Assembly: GCA_039621445.1 (NCBI GenBank)
Contig: CP154954.1
Location: 2,728,001-2,792,000 of the forward strand
DNA: 64,000 nucleotides
Direction: 5' to 3'
From: Euglena gracilis
Lineage: Eukaryota
Part shown: piece after piece, positions 1 to 9,600 of the stretch
How positions within the stretch are numbered: the stretch's first letter is position 1
How the letters are laid out: each line of letters begins with the position of its first letter
Position numbers and translations under genes: made by a program
Notes under the pieces: generated by a model
What the model was told of the DNA's origin: nothing
The model's database searches: none
What the model saw: only the letters and a program-made list of their open reading frames with translations

Positions 1-120
1 ACAATTCCACTTTTGGTTTCGACGTTTGCGCCTGACTTGCGACGTCCTGTCGGCCAAAGTTTCCCGAACCTTTTGTCCCAGGGGTACGATTCTGTGATTC
101 ACAACTGATTCTCCATTTAG

Positions 121-674
121 GTCAATGGCTGTAGGTGTGCAAGACTGTCAAACCATGACCCCTGAGGGCAACGCTGCCATCCCGATCGCAAAGGGTCAGC
201 CCCCACCCGCAAGCAGATTTTTGATATGTGGGAAGACTTTCCAATTTAAGAGAGTCACTTTTTAGTTTGAAATAATATATATATATAATCTACATAATAT
301 TATCTCTCTCTCTCTCTCTCTCTCTTTGTGTGTGTGTGTGTGTGCGTTGTGTGTTGTTTGTCTTGTGTGCGTGTTGTGTGTTGTGTGTGCGTGTTGTGTG
401 TGTGTTGGGTGTGTGTTGTGTGTGTGTGTGTTTTGTGTGCGGTGTGTGTGTGTGTGTGTTGTGTGTTGTGTACGTGTTGTGCGTGTTTTGTGTGTGTGTG
501 TTGTGTGTTGTGTGTGTGTTGTGTGTGTTGTGCGTGTGTGTGTGTGTGTTGTGTGTGTGTGTTGTTGTGTGTGTGTGTGTGGTGTGTGTTTGGGTGGTGT
601 TTGTGTGGAGTGTTTTGTGCTTGTGTGTGTGTGTGTTGTGTGTGTGTGTGTGTTTTGTGTGTGTGTTGTTTGTG

Positions 675-742
<68 letters not shown>

Positions 743-3700
743 TGGGGGTGTGCGTGCGCGTGTGTGTGGCTCCCAAATCTCAAATGTCAGCCCCATCCGT
801 TCTCTGGTGGACGCTGCGGCTGGCCCCCTCCTCACGGCCGTCACACCGGTGCCCGTGGAAGGCGGGGTGCTCCTGCAGACCCCCGACAGAGGGGCCGGCT
901 GCTTTGTGCGCGCCAGTGGCGACCAGGCTGTTGCCAGGCCCGGGAACCCAAGGGGGTTGCCCCTTCACCGGATGTCTTTGTGGATTTTTGGGGGTGGAGG
1001 CGCAAGGATGCATTTGTGTTTGTGCGGATGATCGCCATAATTCAGACTGGCACAGATAAGAATTCGAGTGGACATTTGCAGACAGAAGACAAATAGGGAT
1101 GCATCAGATGAGGGTTTGGGACATACATCTCTCTAAGGTTTTGCGACCCCCCCCCCCCCGGGGGGGGGCGGTTGCAGCCAGCCCCGATTTGGGCCCAGCC
1201 CAGCCGCAGCAGCCCCCTCCCCCGGGGGGGGGGGTGCTGCTAGCCCTAGCTAGCCAGCCCCTTTTTGGGGGTCCAGCCCAAAATTTTTCGGCGCAAAGCG
1301 CCGAAATTTTTTGAAAAACTGTGTTCAAAAGTGGCCAAAAATGGGGTTTGGGGGCCGTTTGGGGCATTTTTGGGGGGTTTCAGATGCGTCATTTTTTCAA
1401 AACTGTGTTTCGCAGGTCATTTTTGGGCATTTTTCCAATTTCAGTCCAGCTCGCCCCGGCTCGGGTCAAACCGGGGTCCAGCCCCCCCCCCCCCCCCCCC
1501 CGCGGGGGGCAGGCTAGCCAGCCCAAATTTCTAGCCAGCCCAAATTTCTAGCCCTAGCCCAGCAACCCCCCTCCCCGGGGGTCCTTAAAGAGATGTATGG
1601 TTTGGAAAAGAGGTGGTGTGCGCCAGTGTGGATTATGGCATGGGGGGGAATGCTTATCGATTTTTTGTGCATTTTTTGCTAGATTTTTTTGAGAGTGAAA
1701 ATGCGCTCTTTTTTGCGCATTTTTTTTTTCTCAGCCAGGCTGGTGCATTCCCTCTGGTTATGGAAAGGGAGGCTGCCAATATCCACAAATTTTGGGAGAC
1801 ATAACCCCCTTTTAAAATTCACAGAAATGTGCAACATCTGGGAGAAAAGGAGCAAGAATCCCGGAAGTGCAAAAAATACCAAAAATGCAAAAATGACGCA
1901 CTTTTTAAAAAAGTCAAATGGGAATTTGAGGAAAATGTCACGTTGCAAAAAAACGCATGCACAAAGAATGCACAAATCTGAAAAAATTGGGGAGGATGTA
2001 TGTTGGGGGGGATTAAAGTGCCATGTTTTCAATGCTTCAAGGCTTTTCTTTAAGCATCTGAAGAGTGAAAGAAATCGGGCGGTCTCAGAAACTCCACCCC
2101 CGCAGACAAGGCTCTTTAAGGAGCCATTTTGTGCTACTTGATGTAGGTGTCCTTCGCTGCCATTCAATAAAATTTCCTTTTTGTAGGTGGCTGCTGCACG
2201 TCCATTTGAGCATTGTTGTGCCGAACTTTGGCTGCGCGCATCGGCTGTATCTGAACCGTGGGAAGCCAGACTGTGTTTGTTGCCATGCCCGACAGGGCCA
2301 TCCAAGTTTTCCAACCCCCCCCCCCCCTGTCTTTCAGTCATCTCCTGTCATCTGGCAGCTGGTCTGCCGTCAGCGCCGAGTCGCCCGAGCTCATCATTTG
2401 GTGTTGACGCCCCCGTCCGCCTCTCTCTCTAATAAGCCATTCCCATCCTCTCCAGTCCACCCATGATGGCCACTCTAGCCTGAAATTCTGCACACAAGAG
2501 CTCAGTTTTCGGCCGAAGCCACGGGTGTTGGCCTATTGCACATTTTTGCTGCATAGGACGCACTGATATCCAGAGTTGAGTTTTCACCGTGGTGGGCAGG
2601 TGGTGAAACGCTCTTGAGAGGGTTTGCTTTCGGCCCAACTCACCCCCACCAACCGCGATGCAGCGTGATGCATGGCGATTGGTGGGTGACCCCAAGGGGT
2701 GGGTGACCGAAGCTTCACCCCACCTGGGGTTACAGTGAACCTTCTCCCGGGTGCCAGGTTTTTGACATTCAGTAACCTGCACATACCCCCCCCCCCCCTG
2801 GAAACTGTCACCCGAGCCCTGTACTCACTGATCTGTCACCATGTCACCATGGAGACCTGTCACCTACCTCTGTACTCGCTGACCTGTCACCTGACAGATT
2901 TATCTCAACGATCTTTCTCACTGAAAATGCATTTTTTTGGAAAAAAATGTTTGGTCATGGAAATTCGATTTTCCCGCCCAATCCAACCCCCCTCCCCAAA
3001 ATAAAACCACACCTCCCTGAGGCAGGGACTTTTTTGAGGATCCCGGGGGCCAGCCCAGAAGCTGGAAAAAGGTGTTGGATGGGCCCCCCTGGGGGGTGGA
3101 GGGTCCGGGGGGGGTGGGTCCGACTAGATGCCAGGCTGCACCCGGCCGGCACCCGAGAACAGGCAAAGAAAGCCTTCAGATCCAGCTGGCTTGGCTTTTT
3201 TCAGCCCAAAATTTGAGGTGAAAGCCCCCCCCAAAAAAACTACCAGAAAAGGCTATTTTTGGCCATTTTTTTTGACCCCTTTTAAACAAAGTTTCCGGCG
3301 TTTTGCGCGAAATTTTTTTTTTCGGGCTGGAAACCGTTATTGCCGCTTGAGGGTGGCCCCAGCCTGCTGGTTGGGAGCTGCTGGCTGGAAAGAAGTGCTG
3401 GCTGTCTGGACCCGCCGGGGGTAGGGTGGGGTCCAGCATCGGAAGACTTGCCCTGAGGCTTGAAATCCTGTCCAAATACAAAACTGGGGGATATATTTGG
3501 GGAGTGATTGTTTGAGGGTGGCCCTGAGAGTGATTTGTGAAAAGGCTTTCTGCCCCCCCCCCCCCCCCCGGGAAACTGTCACCTGACAAGTCAGCGAGCA
3601 CAGAGGTCGGAGGTCCCTATAGTGACTGGTCAGCAAGTACAGGGCTTTGGTGACGGTTTCCGGGTGAGTCTGGGTCAGATGCATTTTTCAACCCCCCACT

Positions 3701-6150
3701 GACCCAAACATACGAAAAGGCGATTTTTTTCACATTTTGTGGTCAAAAATTCTAAAATGTGGTCCCCTCCAGGCTTGTGCTTAGTCGGGTGCCTACCCCA
3801 CGCGGGGGGGTGCTAGGGGCAGGCACCCCATAGCACCTGATCCGACCCCCCCGGGGGGGGGGGTAGGGTTTTGGGGGGTGCCTGCCCCTAGCAGGCACCC
3901 CCCTCCGACCCCGGCGCCAAAGGCACCGGGGGCCCAGAAAAGGCCATTTCAATGAATTTTTTCTGGGTCCCCCCCGGACCCCTATCCCCCGGGGGGGGGG
4001 TGCCTGCTAGGGGCAGGCACCCTATAGCACCCCCCCCCCCGGTTGGTAAGCACAAGCATGGTCCCCTCAATTCCCCTCATTTTGCCCAAAATTCTTCATT
4101 TTTAAGCAAAATGTTATCTGGTGACCATTTTTTTTGGACCCAAGCTCTCAACTTCATGGCCTAAAATTGTTGTAAAATCGCAGATTTTCGGAGACTTTCC
4201 CGTCTCGTACCGCTGTCCCAGCACTGGAGGGGTTTAAAGCCTCCACTCCAGGGTGGTTTTCTATTTGGGGGTTTTGTATTTGGGGGGGTTTGTGTATAAA
4301 GACATTGGAAAATTTCTTTGGCATTTTCTCCAGTTTGTGGTCAATTTTCCTTTGGATCCTACAGCGGCCAATGCCCCCCCCCCCCGAGGAGCAGAGCTGG
4401 TTTGGGGTGAGTTCAAGCGACCCCTCCCCCCGGGAGTCGGAAAAAATTGCGTTGCCAGCCTTCTTCATTAATTCATTAAGAGGCAGACCTGCAAAAAAAA
4501 AACCTGGTGGCTAAAGCGATTTTTTTTGGAAATTGTTGATTTCGACATTGTGGCTATCACACACACAAACAGACAAAAAAATACTGCGGGTTGTTGGGCA
4601 GGTGTTGTCTCCCACCCCAGTTCGGCCCCTGATGGCTGCAGCATCCCTCCTGGCTGGCAACAAGGCGGTGACGGTTTCCGACCCTCCAATTGGCACAAGG
4701 TGGGTTGTTGTTGTTTTTTTAGCACTACACATCAACAGACAACGGTTCATTCTCTCGTCATGCAACCACCAACCGTATTCGCTGCCCAGTGTTTGCAGGA
4801 CAGTTGATCACGGTGCCATCCTTGCCTGCTGTGAGTTGACCTGCCCTTTGGGTGACCCACCTGCTGCCGCTCTGTGCTCCCCAATCAGGGCGTCGCGTGA
4901 GCAGGAGGGGATCCTCCCCGGGAGGTTGCTGCCTTTCTCCAGCCCTGGACCCCCAACCTCCCTCCTGTCAACGGAATTTGATTCCTGTCCAGCCGCCAGA
5001 AGGGCGGCTGGATGGTAGCAGACTCCTTACCTTGGTGGGAGCCACGGGCCAAGATCGCTTGAAAATGGACTGAAAATGGACCCCCAGCTCGTGTTTTTTT
5101 GGGGGGGGGCAGAGAAGTCATTTTCAGGCAGTAATTGCTGGTTTTTGTAGTTTTTTTGTTTTAACATTTTCATATTCCAAGGTTTACTTGGCACAAGCTT
5201 GTCCCAGTTTCAATTGGGGTACCCCACCCTGGGGGGTTAGCCAGCCCAAGGTTAACCAGCCCCATGATTTCCTTCCCCTCCCCCCCCCCCCCATGGGTCA
5301 GGCACCGCCCCACCCTCACTGCCTGGTGCCCCACGCAGCACCCGCGAGGCCCCAATCGCCCTTCCTCTTGTGCCACAAGCCAGTGGTGGACGTTTCCTTG
5401 GACCGCAGGGGGGAGGGGGGGCTTTGAACATTCCGTGCTCACTGGCTGGCTGGCCAACCAGGACACCCAGGTGTTCGTGGGCAATTTGCCAGAAACACAC
5501 CAAATTTTGGGCAAAATTTGTGTGGTGGGCAACCTTGAATAAACCCCGAACGCCCTGTCTAATGGTATTTGGCTTTCCGTATACTTCACGCCTGGTCTTG
5601 TTTATGCCCATCTTAGGCCCAAAATCCATCACAGGGAACGTCCGCTCACCTTCACCAAACCAACACCTCATTTCCATCAAATGTATATATGTGCCAGACC
5701 TGCAGACTTGTACAGAGCTTGCAAGCGCTGTGCAGCCGAACCGCCCGTCCTCCATTCTTGCTGCCATTCTCGCTTCCAACGTTTTTTGTTTGCATTTGCT
5801 CTCAAGTCTCTCTGGCTGCATGACCAGGGGTTATCTCAAACCGAAGGGGATCCTACCCCCCCCCCCCCGGGGGTCCAGCCAGCCAGCACTTTTTTCCCCA
5901 GCCAACACCTCCCAGCTGGACTGTGGACCCCGGGGGGGGGGGGGGTTCGGCTGAAATAAAGTTCGTGGACCGAAATTTTTTTTCGGCGCAAAGCACCCTT
6001 TGTAGGAACAGCACCAACAGTTGTAAGCTGTGTTGTGCAGAATGCACCTGAAAAACACACCATGGGATGCCACACCGTGCGCGCTGTGGATCTGCGAAGG
6101 TTTAAACAAGCAGTGCAGTGGCATCACCAGAACGTGGAATTCCTGATGCT
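121..6150 (+). CDS. 3' exons of a multi-exon hypothetical protein gene (duplicate of ~34322-40350)
   Basis: GC-rich exon-like islands conserved between copies. The chain ~790-920 | 1055-1118 | 1605- reads SVLWWTLRL...ALCAPVA|IRIRVDICRQKTNRDASDEGL|EKRWCAPVWI. Further islands at ~2187, ~4800, ~5300 and ~6060. No family recognised. Confidence 0.4.
301..768. repeat. Degenerate (TC)n/(TG)n microsatellite (copy at ~34510-34971)
   Basis: Direct inspection. Confidence 0.95.
1122..1599. mobile_element. hAT-like MITE (copy at 35326-35805)
   Basis: TIR CATACATCTCTCTAAGG ... CCTTAAAGAGATGTATG; 8-bp TSD GTTTGGGA/GTTTGGAA. Confidence 0.9.
2786..3669. mobile_element. Long-TIR foldback element, possibly Tc1/mariner-like, with a nested insertion
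   Basis: 2786-2897 (Cn-GGAAACTGTCACC...CTGACAG) is an imperfect inverted repeat of ~3575-3669, and is preceded by TA. The same end motif occurs at ~33850-33882 (followed by TA) and ~61580. Confidence 0.65.
3023..3450. mobile_element. Nested hAT-like MITE with degenerate TIRs
   Basis: Perfect 8-bp direct repeat CCCTGAGG at 3015-3022 and 3451-3458; element begins CAG and ends TTG. Confidence 0.6.
3770..4060. mobile_element. hAT-like MITE (copy at 37976-38261)
   Basis: TIR CAGGCTTGTGCTTA ... TAAGCACAAGCATG; perfect TSD GTCCCCTC. Confidence 0.92.
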
Positions 6151-6683
6151 TGTTTATCCAACGTTCATGGGTTCATCAAAACGTGACAAATTCGTACAAA
6201 AAATCGTGCCGTACCCGGTGGGGTGGGTTCGACCAAGGACCCTTGTTCTCCTCGAAGTTTTACATCGACGTGCCGAAAATCTTTTGAAAACATTCGAATT
6301 GGGAAAAAATTGAATTTATTTTCAGGAGCCGATTTGACCACCCAATTGACCCCCCCCCCCCAACAATCAGCCCGACCGTTGCACAGCACAACGCGACTTC
6401 CTCAGTCCTCCAAATATAAGCAACCACAACTTGCTTTTATTTGGTTTCGAACATTGACTCCAGGTTGCTGACATTTGTAATCCGCCGATTTCTGCCGGGT
6501 TTCGGTCCTTTTCATGAGAATTCCTTCCCATCGTCCAGCCAGGGGTTGCTGACATTCGTGGGCTGCTTTCCTCGCTTTCTTCATTTGTTTACTTATTTGT
6601 TTATTTTTTTGTTTATTTGTTGGGGGTTCACCTCGCTGTGTTTATTTGCGTGCCCCCCGTGGTCCGCAGCCGTCCCGCCCCCG

Positions 6684-9600
6684 ATGTCTCCCAGCCCCGG
6701 GTTGTGGCCCGGCCACCCCGACCGTATCCGCGGGGCCGGTGGTGGGCCGCTAGGGGCCGTGCCCCGGAGGTGGCTCATCCCGGTGTTAGTGCTCACGTTC
6801 GTGGCGATGGGGCTGTCTGCTGCCCATGCTCAACAATGTTGGCCCATTGCTCGGGGATTTGCAGTGGGGCGTGCAAATCAAACCTCCGCTTCGCCCAGCC
6901 TGTTGGGGCCTACTTTGCTGGGGCCAAGTGGGGGGGGGGGACAAGATGGACACCTCTTCCTCTGGGTGTGCGTAAAAAATTAGCTGTTTTGAGCACCTTT
7001 CCATGAATAAAAAGTTGCAGAATCTTCCCATAAAGATTTTTTGTTTGTTCGTTTACTCTGTCTAGGTGTTTTTGATGGGTTTGGTCCTGGATCGGGGATT
7101 TTTTTGGACTTGGTTTTCAAGCTGTCGAAACAAGCCGTTGCTTTGTGATAGTTTGATAGTTTTGGGGGAGAATTCCTCCCCAGCGTTCCAAACTGTACGC
7201 ACATCTGCACGCGCATTTGGCAACATCCTTCAGGGTCGTCCTTCTTCCTTCTTTTACCAATATCAGGAACCTGTGTGCGTGAAACCCTCAACCCGCTCCA
7301 GTCTCGCCTTCCACGCCCTCCGCCACTGCCTGTCCCCAATATCCCCAAAGTGTCTCAGCTGGCCTGACCTTGCCCCGACCGCCATCCACGTCGTTCTGGG
7401 CCCGGCACCACCTGGCCACCCTTCCTCACACGCAGCTGCCGCGAGCTGTTGCGTGGCCGGCGGTTGCGGGGCGAGACGGCTGGGGCTTAGGCGTGTGCTA
7501 CCGCTGCTACCGCAAACTTTGTATTTTGCATACATTGCATTTTTCCCGCATTTTTTTATTTGTCCTCTTTATTTTTATTTATTTATTTACGGATTTATTA
7601 TCAAGGTTCTTCGTTGCTTTGTGCTTGCGGACGTTTCTGGAACCAGTTTGCCATTCGGGGGGGGGGGGCACGGCAGGGACCAGGCGGTGGCACAGCAGGG
7701 ACCAGCTGCGCCAACGGCCCGTGGAGCACAGGCGCCGCCACATCCTGCCGCTGCTGCCGCCACCACCAGTCTGTGGGGTGCCTGGCGTCCCACGGTGCCT
7801 TGCGGCCATGTCTCTCTTTCAACCTGCAGGGCTCTCCCCTTTGGTGGTTGGACCAGACCCCCCATGTCCAACAACCCCCCTATTTGCATCCCCCCCCCCC
7901 CGGCCGCAGGACACCTTTTCGGAGGTTTGGCCAGTCCGCAACCTTAAATGACTGATTGGGAGAAAACCACCCGCGAAAGTGCCCATCGATAACAAAACCG
8001 TAACAAAAAATCATTTTGGGTGACTTTGGTCATTTTCCAGCTGTTTTTTTTAAAGGCCCAAATCAGTTGGTTTTGCCACCGCATCTCACCAAGTCTATAT
8101 CAATGGCCACCGCATCCCAGGGTCAAACGGGGCCACAGGGCCACTGAAAGTTGCCATCGTTCGGCACCAACCCCCCCACCAGTGCACTGTGGCTGCCAGC
8201 CAGTCAGTGTCCTGTCCGTGCTGCTGCTGCTGCTGCTGCCCCTGGCGGCTGTCCTCCGTCTCACGGGCCGTGGACCAGGGTGTAGCTTGAGAAATTTTGA
8301 CCCCACCCACCGGGGGGGCCAGCCAGCCAGCCAGCCAGCCAGCAGCCTTTTTCCAGCCTGGACCCCCTTCCCCCCCCTCAATGAGATTGATGTATTTCCA
8401 GCCGCCTGAAGGACTGCTGGACGGAAACTTTTTCAATTTTTTCGCATTTGGAGGTACAAAAATGGGTCAAAAATGGGGGAAAATGAGTCAGATTTGGGCT
8501 GGCCAGGAAAATTTGGTTAAAAAAATCGATTTTTTTTTGCACAATTGGCAGTTTTTGCATTTTTGATTTTTTTGGTTCCTGGTTCGACCCCAAGTCGGGC
8601 CCAGCTCCAGCTCGGGACCCCTTGGGGGGGGAGTCAGCCAGCAGCCTTTTTCCAGCCAGCCCAAACTTTCCAGCCTCTGAGCCGGACCTGGGGGGGGGGG
8701 TCGTTTGAAAACGCCCTGCCCCTGACAACGTGCGCAGTGGGGGATGGCCACTGCCACGAAGGGGTTGCTGGGCTTCAAGGTGCCATGTGCCTGTGACCTG
8801 CAACTTGTGCACTTCGTTCCTCCCCTTCTGTGCCGGGCTTCTTTTTAAGGAAGTTCACCCCCCCCCCCCCCAAGGCAGGGGGTAGGTCACTTCCGACCCC
8901 TGGGGGTGATGTTTTGGGTGCAGGGTTTTTTTTTTTTAGCCTTGGACCCCCTCCCCCGGAGGGGAGGGCGGGTGGGTCCCTTGGACCCCCTCCCCCCCCG
9001 GGGGGGTGGGGGTAGGGGCTGGTGGGTATATTTTTTCTCAAGCACCGTGGGGGGTGTGACATGGCACCACCCACCCAAACAGGGTTTTTTAAGACCGGGG
9101 GGAGGGCGGAGGGGGTCGGCAACCAAACCCGCCCCCCCCCGGAAGAGCCCCCCCCCCCCAGGGGAGGGGGTCCCGGGGGACCCACCCACCTTTGCCCGAA
9201 AATGGCCATTTTCTAGGGAAATTTGGTTTGGCAAGCACGAAAGCCGACCCCCCCACCCCCGGGAGGTGTGCCTGGCACCCCATTGAAGGCACGTTGGTAT
9301 GAGGCCTGCTCTGCACCCCCCAACCTGGCCAACCCGTACCTTTTGCTTTTTTTTTGGCGAACGGTTGCCTGAAAACCACCACCCAAATACATTTGGTTTC
9401 ACTTTTTGAAAAGTTTGGTGGCAATGCTTATTGGTTTTTTGCTCAGGGGTTGGAAGAAAACCCCTAAAATCTGGGCCTGATCTTGCCAACCTGGCCTCAT
9501 CCCAGGTACGCAGCTGGCCTCCCCTCCCCTCCACCCTGGGGGGGGGGGCAGGCAAGCCTTTTTCCAGCCGGCAGCCTGACCCTCCTCAACGAATTTTGGT

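Noticed and set aside
262-780. Long His/Thr- and Cys/Val-rich ORFs (also 34324-35000, 28546-29277 and 19566-19995)
   Set aside because: Translations of (TG)n/(CACG)n microsatellites that are open in nearly all frames.
790-6150. Faint resemblance of the hypothetical gene to beta-rich VPS13-type domains
   Set aside because: Impression only; no diagnostic motif, and several exon frames are unresolved.
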